Shown here in pieces: positions 22,592 to 34,643 of a stretch of DNA of 64,000 nucleotides (the first letter of the stretch is position 1; each line of letters begins with the position of its first letter). Position numbers and translations under genes: made by a program. The notes below the pieces were generated by a model. That model had not been told where the DNA came from and ran no database searches. It saw nothing but the letters and a program-made list of their open reading frames with translations. Source of the DNA: Eledone cirrhosa (Eukaryota); NCBI GenBank assembly GCA_964016885.1, contig OZ024741.1, positions 87,730,001-87,794,000 on the forward strand, written 5' to 3'.

Positions 22592-25146
22592 GAGGAACTG
22601 AAGCAACGCATTGTAGCAAAGAGTGCAAAAATCAGGCGATACGAGAACAGAGTCAGTCAGTACAAACAGAACCGCATTTTCGACAACAACCAGAAGATGC
22701 TGTTTGGACAGCTTGAGGGGAAAGAAAGAGGCAACGACTTGATCCCGGGGGCGGAGCAAACTAAAACATTCTGGAGAGGAATATGGGAGCAGGATGTTAG
22801 ACATAATGTCCAGGCAGGGTGGATTGAGACAGTACAGAGGGAGATCGCTGAGCAGGCACACCAACAAACTGATTTGAGTATCACAGTTGAAACTCTTAAG
22901 GGGCAGGCCAAAAAACTAACCAACTGGAAATCACCAGGCCCAGATGGTGTGCAGGGGTATTGGATTAAAAATTTAACATCCCTCCACCCGAAGCTGACGG
23001 CCATGTTCAATGACTGCTTGGTTTCGGGTGAGGTGCCAGAGTGGTTGACAAAAGGTACCACAGTTCTGATAATGAAAGACCGAATCAAGGGTAATGATGT
23101 TACCAACTATAGACCTATCACATGTCTGTCCGTAATGTGGAAACTGTTGACGAGCATTGTGTCTGAGGAAATCTACCATCACCTCCACACAAACAACTTG
23201 TTACCGGACGAACAGAAAGGATGCCGAAAGAAGTCACGTGGTACAAAGGACCAGTTACTTATTGATAAGATGGTAATGGGGAATTGCAGGAGGAGACACA
23301 CTGATCTTGCCATGGGATGGATAGACTACAGAAAGGCATTTGACATGGTGCCTCATTCTTGGATCACCAAAAGCCTGGAGATCTTCAGGGTGGCAGATAA
23401 CATCAGACAGTTGCTGGGCAGGAGTATGGGGTCCTGGGAGACGGAGTTGACATCAACTGGAGTATCCTTGGGAAGCGTGAAGATCAAGAGAGGTATCTTC
23501 CAGGGAGATAGCCTGTCCCCTCTGTTGTTTGTCCTTGCCCTGATGCCCTTGACCATTATGCTGCGAAAAGTGAGAGCAGGATACAAGTTGGGAAAGGGAG
23601 AGCTTACCATCAATCACCTCCTCTTCATGGACGATCTTAAGCTCTTCGGGAAAAGTGAGAAGGAGTTGGATGTGCTTGTTGACACTGTCCGTATTTTCAG
23701 CAGTGATATATGTATGCAGTTTGGTATTAGTAAATGTGGAGTCATTGTTATGAGGAGGGGTAGGTTGAGCAGAAGTAACGGGATCCAGATACCAACAGGT
23801 GAGATGATAAAGGACATTGACTCTGAGGAAGGATACAAGTATTTGGGCGTTCTGGAGGCTGATGGCATAAAGAACAAAAAAATGAAGGAATTGTTAAGAA
23901 CTGAATACATTCGGAGAATAAGGAGCGTATTGAAGTCACATCTGAACAGCAGAAATGCCATAAGCGCAGTAAATTCCCGAGCTGTGTCTATTATTAGGTA
24001 CAGTGCGGGAATTCTGAGATGAAATGTTGCTGAACAAAAAGAAATGGATAGGAAGACTAGGAAGCTATTGACTATCTACAACATGTTCCACAAGAGGAGT
24101 GATGTCGATAGACTCTACCTAAGGAGATCTGAGGGTGGAAGAGGTCTTATCAGCATAGAGGACTGTGTTCAGATGGAGAAAAACAACCTATACAAATACG
24201 TGACCTATAGTAAGGAGCCAATGCTCAGAACTGTACTGAAGGAGGGGACAGTAGGCCAGGGGATGTCCAAAGAGGAAATAACATCAAGGAGGAAGAGCAG
24301 CCTTAAGGGAAAATCCCTTCATAGTAACTTCTTTGAGAAAACTGAATTTAGAGATGCACAGACATGGAACTGGTTAAGAAGAGGAGACCTCAAAAAGGCT
24401 ACAGAAGGAATGCTAATGGCTGCGCAGGAACAGGCCCTCAAAACGAAGTGGTTGAAGCACCATATTTACAAGGAGGAGGCTAGCCCACTGTGCAGGATCT
24501 GTGGAGAGAGAGAGGAGACTGTGGCTCACATTGTGTCCGAGTGTAAACACCTAGCCCAGACCCACTATAAGGGCTGGAGACACGATGTGATGGGCAGGGT
24601 GATCCACTGGCACCTGTGCAAAGTAAACAATTTACTACATTCTGAGAAATGGTATGAGCATAGGCCAGAGGCGGTGATGGAGAACAATCAGGTGAAGGTG
24701 CTGTAGGATTTTAGGATACAGACGGACAAAAAACTGGAACACAATAGACCTGACCTGGTGGTTGTGGACAAAGAAAAAAGATCGTGTCTGATTGTGGATG
24801 TGGCCTGCCCTTTCGACACGAGAGTGCAAGAGAAGGAGAGGGAGAAAATTAACCGATACCAGGACCTAAAGTGGGAGGTGAAAAGGATTTGGAACTGCCA
24901 TGAAGTCAAAGTGATCCCGATTGTCATAGGCGCACTGGGGACTATCTCCAAAAGTTTCCAGGGATGGTTAAAGAAAATCGGCCCCTTCACGCTTTCTGGA
25001 ACGCTTCAAAAGGCATGCTTGCTTGGAACAGCAAGAACCCTCCGATACGTCCTGAATATCTGAGGCTGCAGGTAGTGGCTTGATATTCATTCCAACGGAC
25101 TTTCCAGTTAACCAACATCAATGACTGAGATTCAAGGAATAACAAC

Positions 25147-25200
<54 letters not shown>
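22588..25200 (+). mobile_element. Dong-B 5'-truncated copy (stops at 24020 and 24704) plus (AAT)n tail
   Basis: Highly similar to 19967-22516. ORFs 22499..24022, 24044..24706 and 24758..25063. Confidence 0.92.
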
Positions 25201-25699
25201 TTTTACGTTGATGGCTTTTTATAATCGTTATGATTAAATTTTTGATTTTTTAAAAAGAATTGTTGATAAAGAATGTGAAGATATTGGAAGTGGAATAGAA
25301 AAGCAAATACCATTTAACTTTCTAATATTTTAAATAAATTAAATAAAGTCATCCATAACACTTAACGTCAAGCACCACATGACACCCCATTTTCAAGACA
25401 TTCTTGAAAATACTAAACATCACACAAACTAGTAAAATCTATGGTGAATTTTCACAACGATATGTCTTCAATGGGAAATAATATAAACATTTGAATTAAC
25501 AAACCCGTTTTAAGATATTCTCTGCTAAATTATTACAGAATGTTACGATGTAAAATTAAGGGAACAGATGTTCTCATTAAAGTAAAGTAAATAAAATGAC
25601 ATATATTAGCAATATATCAATTTGAAAACATTATTCAGACTCTTAATTATTACCATATCTACAGGCATTTATGTCTTAACATGTTTCACTGGCATTGAA

Positions 25700-28600
25700 A
25701 GAAGACATAGCAACCTCATTGCAGATTAACCCCCAGGCTGAATTGTCAGCTGGGTGGCAATCTCATTTTTCGCCCCCACAGGGGCAAAAATTTAATTTAA
25801 AAACACTGTCCAAAAATGTTTAATATTTTGCCATCAACAATGGCTAGCGTACAAGGAACGCTAGCGAACGTTGAGGAAGGAAAAAGAAAGAGTGAAATAG
25901 ACTTTAACGTTGATATGTGCTCTGCCTGTATCAATGTAGCTGACAACAAAGTTTTGTTTCACGAAAGTGAAGTATACAATAAAAACAAAATTGAACTACA
26001 CAGTGTACAACAGACACCAAAAGACAACAGAAAATATAACAATTGACAAAACTACAAACGGAAAAACTGACAACCACAACAACAACAACACAAAAAAATC
26101 TTTTACAGAAACAGTCACAAATGAAATGGATTTTAAGGTTACCTCAAACTCTGCATGTATCGGCGTCACTATGGAAGCCAATAAGGACAACAAGGTTTTG
26201 TTTCACGAAAATGATGTATGTAATAAAAACAAAATTGAACCACACAGTGTACAACAGACACCAAAAACAACAGAAAAAAACAACAGAAAATAAAACAACT
26301 GACACAACTACAAACGGAAAAACCGACAACCACAACAACAACAACAACACCAAAAAAATAACTTTTCTACAAACAGTCATGAACAAACAAGATTTCAAGG
26401 ATCTCGATATCTCCAATGCGAGACAGATGCTCTCTGAAGCAAAGGAGTTTATAATTTTCGTAGAAAACGGTGGATTTAAAATAAACTCACTCCCAGAAAT
26501 TCGTCTTGAAACACTTCGAAGGACAGTTCCCTTCTGAACTGTTTTAAACGAAACAAGAAAACCGGCATTCGTCAGTCAAGGGGAAATTGAAGCAACCTTG
26601 AAGGAGATATTGCCAAACATAGACTTTATGCAGAGGGTCAAACAGTGTGGGAGTATTTCGGTACTCCTCAAAAGCGAGGCCCTCGCACAAAAATATTCCG
26701 TGACACCAATACTGTCAAAAAAATACACCTTTTTCCCTACATACCTGGGAAAAAAGAACTAAAAAAATAAAAATTACCAACATACCACCAAAAATTAATA
26801 TTTGGTGGATATTGGCAGGTTTTTTAGAGGAGGGACCGGACACCATTCTCTCTACCAAGAAGTCAACCCGACACACGTGGTCTGGTACAAATTTGGAGAT
26901 TCTAGTTCAAATGAGGCTGGAGAGAATCTCCAAAATAACCGAAAGCGTGCTGGTCGACAACAACAGCCACATCAACATTTCGACAGAAGGAGGAAGACCA
27001 CACTGCTTCCGATGTAACTGTACATCGCATCTAAAGGCCTCCTGCCCTTTACAGACACATTTTTAAAAAACAACCCCCCAAAAATACTGTTACCAACACC
27101 ACCACAACAACAACAACACACAAAACAAGCAAACGCACCAAAACAAACAGCCACTCAACCAACAACAGCAGGAAAAACACAAACAACTCCCCCGAAGAAC
27201 ACAGTCCCATCCCATCCCACTCCATCCAACACTGCCACAAACACACACACAAACACACCATCACCACATAACATACTCCCACCGCAAACTCCTGATGACG
27301 AATCATCGTCAGACGAGGCTACTTCTTCATCCCCAAGTGAAGATGAAGGACAGCCTCGAAAATAAAAAAAAACAAAAAAAGAGGCACCGCAAAGCCACAA
27401 AATCAACAATCACCAACACCAACACACAACCACCGACACAAACAACAACACAAACAACACCACAATCACCCCCCCCCCCCCCTATCAGCAAAACAAACAC
27501 CAACACCAACCCAAACACAAGCACCCACCATAAAAAGAAAACTCCCGGACGAACAACAAACTAGAACAACACAACAAAAACACAAACAACAATACGCATA
27601 CATCAACACCAACATCAAGAATTTGATGGAGGTCATCTCCAAAAACCCCAAGTTGGAGGAGACGGAGGGTAAAACTTTCGTTAAAGCAGAATCGTCTCCA
27701 CACCTCAAACTGATAAGAGTTTCCATGGAAACATATAGCGAACTAAAAACTGAATTTTCGCAGGACGTGGGCAACCCCTGTAAAAAAAACCATAAACCGC
27801 GTCCTGTTAAAATGTTTCCCCACCCCACCAACACCCCCACCAGCACCCAAATGGAGATTGAACAACCCGATCTCCAGGAAACGAAAAGGTAAGGGCACCT
27901 TTTCGTCCTTTTTCGCCAACTCTTCTCCACCAACATGGCTAATTTACGAGTTGGACGCGTGAATGTGATGGCCTAGGGATGCCCTGGGAACAGAGCCAAC
28001 TTTTAAACGACCTTAGGTCACGCGGTATGGATGTGATAGCATCACCGAGTCCAGGATCCACAACAGGCAGCAACTAACCCCCATCTTCAATGACTTTGAG
28101 ATCTACGCATCTCTCTGTCAACCAGGAGGTGGAGGGGGAGTGGCTGTCATGTTTCGGAAAAACCTGGACCTCGAAGTACAGCAAGTACACTTGGACCCGG
28201 AGGATAGACTGGTAGTCCTAGACGTGAACAGTGTTGGAGGTGGAGCCTTCAGACTGGTGGCCGTTTATGATCCGACTGGGCAATCGCGGCCAGACTTCTT
28301 TAAGCGTCTAGAGTCTTTTCTGGGAACGTCTCTCTCCTTGCTGTTAGTGGGGGACTGGAATGGTATCCTTGACGCACGATGGGACTATGTAGGATCACAT
28401 CCCAGTAGAGGGGGGTGCAACAGCCTCAAAAGTTTAATCGGCCAATTCCAACTGGCCGATAGATATCGACTGGATTTCCCGACTGCACCACGGTGGACGT
28501 GGACAAACTTCAGCGGGATATCTAGATCGTATTTACACAGGTTCTTTGTTAGAGAGAGAGAGACAAGAAGATGTTAAGCTGTCCACAAATGCACATTGTT

Positions 28601-30888
28601 GCCTATTCAGACCACAAACTAGCCATCTGCATAGTCAACCGTGATCGAATACATAGACAAGGACTCGGATACTGGAAGCTGAACGTGTCGCTACCGACAC
28701 GTAAAGCCTACAGTGAACGGATAAGTAGATTAGTTAAGCAACGATTGACGGGAGCCATCGTCAACAATAGATGGTGGTACTCCCTCAAGAAAGCAATTAG
28801 AGTAGAGTCGATAGACTTTAGCAGAGAGTTAGCCTTAGAAAAAAACAAAACAGAAACGGAACTAGTAGCCAAGATAGTGGAGGCGCTTAGGAGTGGCAAC
28901 GTAGCTAGAGTGCTAGCAACGTGAACGGCACTGGACCAGTTCTTCGACGCGAAACACGAAGGCTGCGTGGTCAGAAGTAAATCACGTGCTCTAGGAAACG
29001 AGGGATCAAAAGCTGTTAGCTAGGCCCGAGTGGCAGAGGCGAAAAGTGGCAACAAGTCCACGATTCGGTCTTTGAAAGACCAAAAGGGACGCGTGCTACT
29101 TGACCCCAAGCGGATGTGCACGGCCTTTCAGCGGCACTTTGCGCAACTGTTCGAGCAGACTGGCGGTGCGTCGAATGGACTTCGGTTCATACCTCGACGG
29201 CCTGTCGCGTCTCTCGAGCATGGACGCCGAGTTCTGCGAAAGACCGATCACAGCCACTGAGACACGGTACGCTCTGTGCCGCTGCGGGAAACGCAAATCA
29301 CCCGGTCTAGATGGTCTACCCTATAAGTTTTACATAGGCATGCCGGACTTGTTCTCTGGCGTCCTAGAAGCCGTCTACTGCAACTGGCAGCAGAACCGGA
29401 GAATTCCCAGTTCTGCAGGCAGGGGCGTAGTAACACTGATCAGGAAAGACGAGAACAAGGGGGACGAACTAAGCAACTTTAGGCCCATAACTCTTTTCAA
29501 CACAGAGTTAAAGATTTTGGCCAAGGTGTTGGCAACGAGGTTAACGCTTGTCGTCGAGAACCTGGTAGGGAAAGCGCAAACGTGCGCAATCCCCACCAGG
29601 TCCATACACGACAACCTCCACCTCATGCGATACATCATAGAGAGAGTGGGGTGTAAAACCGGCTTCGGTGGGGCTCTGATCAATTTAGATCAGTCTAAGG
29701 CATTCGATAGGGTCGACCATCGATACTTGGAAGCGGTTCTCAAGGCGGCCGGTTTCCGACCCGTCTTCAGAGGCTGGATTGCCGCAATGCACACCAACAT
29801 CTGCTCGATCAAGGTGAACGGCTACCTATCGGAGCCGTTCGCAATCACGCATTCCATCCGACAGCGATGCCCTCTCTCCTCCATTCTGTACGTACTGACT
29901 CTAGAGCCACTACTGCGGAAGTTGGAGCTGCTGCAGGGCATACCGTTGGAACCGGAACTGCGGAAAGCGGCGTCGGCTTATGCCGACGACGTCACAGTAA
30001 TGGTGTCGGAAACCTCGGAAATCGGGGCGATCGGCAACTTACTGCAGGAATACGAAAGGCTCACGGGAGCAAAACTGAACCCGGACAAGTCTGTCGGTTT
30101 GCAACTCGGAACGTGGAGAGGCAAACCGATGTCGTCCGACAGTGAACACCGTACCAAGATGGAACGCATGCTCTTCCAGTTCCTTTGGTGAGGAGATCCG
30201 TCTGCTGTCAGCACCCTTTCCAACGGAGGGCTGGGAATGCCGTGGCTGATGATGCGCAAACATGTGCTGAAGCTACGGCATCTACAGGTAGTCCTCACCG
30301 ACCCCCAACCGGTGTGGGCACCGTTTGTGAGACAGCCCTTCCCGCAACTTGTCTCGCTGACGGAGCTGCGGTCCTGGGTCAAGCAGAGACCGAAGAAGAT
30401 GGGCGCCTGGCACATTGAATGCGCTCAGGCGCTCACAGTTCTCTGTCAAGCGGGCACAGCAATCAGTGGAGACTCCACTTCGACATTCTATAGAGGTTAG
30501 TACGTCACAAAGACGACGACGTGCTCGGAGAGACTCTAGGCGTCGAATACGACGAACTCACCAGTCTGTTTAGTAGGACTTTCCGCCCGGGACCTATGGA
30601 CAACTTCCGGAGGTCCATGGCCTGGCAGTGCTACCGAGGAGCTCTACCAGTTCATAACAAGATCTACAGGCACGGACGCCCCGGCAGGGATCCTTCCAAG
30701 AGGACGTGCCCAAGATGCGGGCAGGACATTGAAACTATCTTGTACGCAATTGTACACTGCCCGGGCGTAACCGACGCAGAACAACTGCTGTCGCGTATGG
30801 GACAAATCCAGTTGACTGCCGAGTCCATAGTAAGGATCAAACCGCCAACTTCTTTCAAAAACGAAAGAGAAGCGGTTTTCCTCTGTAT
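25700..30888 (+). mobile_element. Older, decayed Tx1-clade element copy c (ORF1 about 25840-27892; ORF2 from 27935)
   Basis: Knuckle CFRCNCTSHLKASC; APE fragments (VGDWNGILDARWD, SDHK); RT (NFRPITLFN, DQSKAFDRV, AYADD); CPRC. Many frameshifts, a deletion near 30145, and the 3' end is replaced by a SINE. Confidence 0.88.
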
Positions 30889-31041
30889 TGAGTTCAAATC
30901 CAGCCACGGTTAGCCATGCCTTCCATCATTACGGGGTCTATAAAATAAAGTATCAATAACGCACTGCAGTCGATTTAATCGACTTTCTCCCTCCCTTTTC
31001 CTTTCAAATTGCTGGTCTTGTGCCACAAAGTAGAAACAATT
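30889..31041 (+). mobile_element. tRNA-derived SINE (octopus-type), 5'-truncated
   Basis: B-box gagttcaaatc plus the ...cggggtc(g)ataaaataaagta... core shared with many copies in the window. Confidence 0.75.
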
Positions 31042-31259
31042 TTAATGTTCAAGATACCTAAGAACGCTGTTTCATATAAAGTATTTAGCGAATTATGATC
31101 CATACTATCTTCTGTCTATTCCTCACATACACATATAAATGTACATATACAACCATACATATACTGTTTATTGTCATTCGCGGTCGTTTCAACTATATTC
31201 TGCCATTCCGGTTATGTTAACCTTAATCATATTAATATGGTGCTTGTGTGACAAGATGA

Positions 31260-31565
31260 CAATTTAGGTTTATTAATCAATGTAAAGTAAAATATATATT
31301 GGGCAGTATCTAAGAAAAACAGAACAAACAATTAAAGGGAACATAAAAGGAAGAAAAATAAATAAAAAGGAGAAAAAGAAAAGGAAAGAAGGATCAAACA
31401 ACGAAAGAAAGGGAGAGGAGGAGGTACAGTCACTACACCCCAGTCAGAGCTGTGCCTTAGTCGCACCCCGCGGACAAAATGGCAAGAGCGTTACTGCGGA
31501 GAATGGCCAGAGACACCCGCTGCAACAGCCACCCCACCTTACAGGGCTCCCTCATCCTTTTGAGA
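31260..31565 (-). mobile_element. CRE-like (RLE) non-LTR retrotransposon 3' remnant
   Basis: The - strand reads ...REPCKVGWLLQRVSLAILRSNALAILSAGCD* (stop at 31457), resembling the FQRLSxAxxRGNAxxxL C-terminus of CRE-type elements. A pyrimidine-rich 3' UTR and AATAAA follow. Confidence 0.6.
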
Positions 31566-31599
31566 ATGGACAAGGTGTATATTCTACAGAAACAACTGT

Positions 31600-33030
31600 A
31601 ATGTGCTAGGTTCTAACTACAAGGGAAATACACTCACAACGTAAAAAAATTTTCAAGTGAATATATTTATGCAAATGCTTTTTTCTTTTAAGCTCCTTCA
31701 TTTTACACATCGAACACAAAACGGAGTAAAGAAGGATATGTGCTCCTGGTGAAGGCTTCCGGAATACCACATTTGATAACGCTTTGGGAAGATTCTATAG
31801 GATTTATAACTGGCAAGAAGAATGTTTCTACTTAAGAATACTTTTTATGAATTTAGAGGGCCAAAGTCATTTGGCAATCTCCGAATAGTGGTTGACCATG
31901 TATTTGCTACATGTTTGAGGTGAGAGATACTGAAAAAATATAATTGAAATTAAGCAAGATTGATAAATGCAGTTGCTTCACAATCACCTTCAAAATCCCG
32001 AAGCCTTCTTACACTTCTTATCAAAACAATGAGGAGTGTTATTTCCTAATGTTCTACGATTAAAATTTTGAGGTACTCATTTGAAAATTATAAGCATCAA
32101 GTTTAGCCACATAATCCTGAAATATTCATTGATATCAGTGATGCTAGCTGCTACATGGCTCTAATTGCCATTTCGACAATGGGTAGAGACAAATTTCATA
32201 AATTAGATAAATATGTACTACTTCGGATTAACCGGCTTTAGTGGAACTAAAAAAAATAAAAGAAAGTCCAACATGGTAAGTCCAACAATGTTAATTCTCT
32301 CAGCTAAAAATGAACCTGCGATACTTTATGATCAAAGAGTCTTCGACAATTCTTGACCATATTTGCAACAAAAAAGTGAAATTTTCGTTTTCGATGCACC
32401 TGGAGCAACAGGAAATAAGCTTTCTATAGCTGGTTTAAGTAAGGAAATAGGGGAAAATTCCAATGGCTATTGTACCTTCCACTCTTGCTGCTTCTTTACT
32501 GCTTGGAAGAAAAACAGCTCACAGTACATTCAAGCTGCAATTGATCCTCCCTACCGATGATACAACATGTAATATTAACAAAGGAATGGAAGCAACAGAA
32601 GAGTTAAAATAATTGTTTCTACTTTTGGCATAAGGCCAGCAATTATTCCAGTGTATTACTGGTACTTTATTTTATCGACCCCGTAAGGATGAAAGGCAAA
32701 GTTAACCTCGGCGGGATTTGAACTCAGACCATAAAGGGCCGTAACTCTTTGCTGCAAAGCATAGTGTCCGACCCTCTACCGATACTGCCAATCCACCAAG
32801 AGTTAAAATGATATTGGACGATAACTGAAGATGATTGCACTATGTCCTAAGTTGCTTTTGAGGTTTTAGATTAGACGTATGAGGATATGAGAAAAATAAA
32901 TGTTTTTTTTTCATGCAGAAACAACAGTCTTAGTAAGATATGTTCATTAAACACTTATAGTTATTTTCAATGGAACAAGAGCTGATCAACTCAGCTGTTT
33001 GAAATCATTCCTTTTGCGGAAGCATATTAA
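31600..33030 (+). pseudogene. Decayed Helitron Rep/Pif1-helicase coding remnant
   Basis: Across frameshifts it reads GRFY...ECFYLRILFMN..GPKSFGNLRIV; IFVFDAPGATG (Walker A); AASLLLGRKTAHSTFKL; DDCTMS..AFEVLD; ADQL.CLKS. Interrupted by a SINE. Confidence 0.75.
32612..32797 (-). mobile_element. SINE with 12-bp TSD aagagttaaaat
   Basis: Reverse complement of the SINE consensus; TSD at about 32599 and 32798. Confidence 0.85.
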
Positions 33031-33784
33031 CACGTTGTCTACCATAAGATCCCCCGGAGGGTCATGCTAGTATCTATGTAGGACCTACACGATTATCCGG
33101 TGGGTTGTTCTATTTTTGTTAGTATGAAAAAAATAACAGTTATATCTCTAAAAATTTATGGACAACCTACAAGTGGGATCTTAGGTGTAATATGAACTTA
33201 AGTAGCAAACGGCCATCCGGTAAGTCGTGAGTAAAATGAGTTCTCTATGTGATATAGTAAACAATATGGTAATCATATTAAAATAAATTACGAAATAATA
33301 TAGGGACCCTGGGACAAAACGGGAAATGAGGGTTGGGAGCCAACATTAAGAAACAATTCCTGGAAACAAACATAAGAGTAGACACTGAAGTGCTTTTACT
33401 ATGAAATTTTTGAAACTTAGAGAAGGGCCTGATTAATATAAGGACATATCTCTGACTGATAATAGGTCTTTGATGTTATCAGCTGACAGCCTAAAATTTT
33501 ATAAAAACGTGTTGTGAAAGAGTAATGCTTTCCCTTACCAATAAGTCTGTTAACATAACCAATGAAGGGAATTTCAACAATTGCATGCCGATGGAATTGC
33601 ATATAATTTTGTAAACGCTATTTTAGATACCAAGCAAACTATGAACTTCCCAACAAATTCATCAATAGCCTGAAATCATATGGTGTATCAACATATGCAT
33701 CCATACTAATGAAAGAATCGCAAATTCTTCTTCGGAATCTGAATGTTATACGTTTCTACAATGGAACCAAAATAGTAATCAAGC

Positions 33785-33924
33785 AACTGAAGCCATATCC
33801 TAATGAAGCAAAACTGTTGACAGGTTGACTTGATGGCCACGATGTGTTTATTTTGGAATAAACACATCGTGGCTATCAAGTCAACTTGTCAATAGTGTTG
33901 CTTCATCAAGATATGGCTTCAGTT
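33785..33924. repeat. Near-perfect hairpin with arms of about 68 bp
   Basis: aactgaagccatatc...gatgtgtttatt ttgg aataaacacatc...gatatggcttcagtt. Confidence 0.85.
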
Positions 33925-34048
33925 CCATTATTTCCAGTAACACCCTAACATATATGTTTTACCATGTCCATAAAAGATTTCAGGGCTAAACGTTGAAAAA
34001 GGCTGGTTTACAACAATTATAGTCCCTATCCCACGAGTTGAGGTGTCG

Positions 34049-34160
34049 AATAGGCTGAGTCATTAGAACGTTGGATAGAGTTCTTTACGGTATTCATTCC
34101 AGCCTTCTGCTCTCACTTCAAATCCTGCCGAGGTGAAATTTGCCTTTCATCTGTTTGAGG
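34049..34160 (+). mobile_element. Diverged partial SINE
   Basis: ttcaaatcctgccgaggtgaaatttgcctttcatc core. Confidence 0.55.
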
Positions 34161-34453
34161 TGGATACACAAATACTACTGTAATTCTTTCTTTATATCTC
34201 TTTTTCACTTCCTTTCTCTCACTTTCTATGCTTCTCTGGAAGAAACCTGCTGTATTGAGGCTTGGAGAGGGGATGGACGCCCCCAGATTTAAAAATGCCC
34301 TCATGAGTTACGGGTTCATACATACACCCCACGAGTTGACGCCCAAATCACCCTATATTCATATACTCCACAAAGGAAAACAAAAAACATTTTCTATCAA
34401 AATATTTTACAATTATATAAGTACATTAATTCAAGGCATTAATTAAATACGAT

Positions 34454-34643
34454 AAGGGCGGTAAATTGGCAGTATCGGTAGAGGGTCGGACGCCATGCTT
34501 TCTAGCATAGTTACGTCCCTTTACAGTCTGAGTTCAAATCCCGCCGAGGTTAACTTTGCCTTTCATCCTTACGGGGTCGATAAAATAAAGTACCAGTAAT
34601 GCACTGGGTAATTGCTGGCTTTGTGCCTAAAGTAGAAACAATT
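34454..34643 (+). mobile_element. SINE, full length
   Basis: gggcggtaaattggcag head, gagttcaaatccc B-box and gtagaaacaatt end. aattaaatacgata flanks both sides. Confidence 0.85.

Noticed and set aside
2766-25200. CRISPR-like or telomeric interpretation of the repeat-spacer pattern
   Set aside because: The repeats are variable-length trinucleotide tracts and the spacers are retrotransposons; there are no cas genes and no TTAGGG arrays.
34454-34643. tRNA gene from A/B-box-like motifs
   Set aside because: No cloverleaf; multi-copy, with TSDs and a shared 3' core, so it is a SINE.
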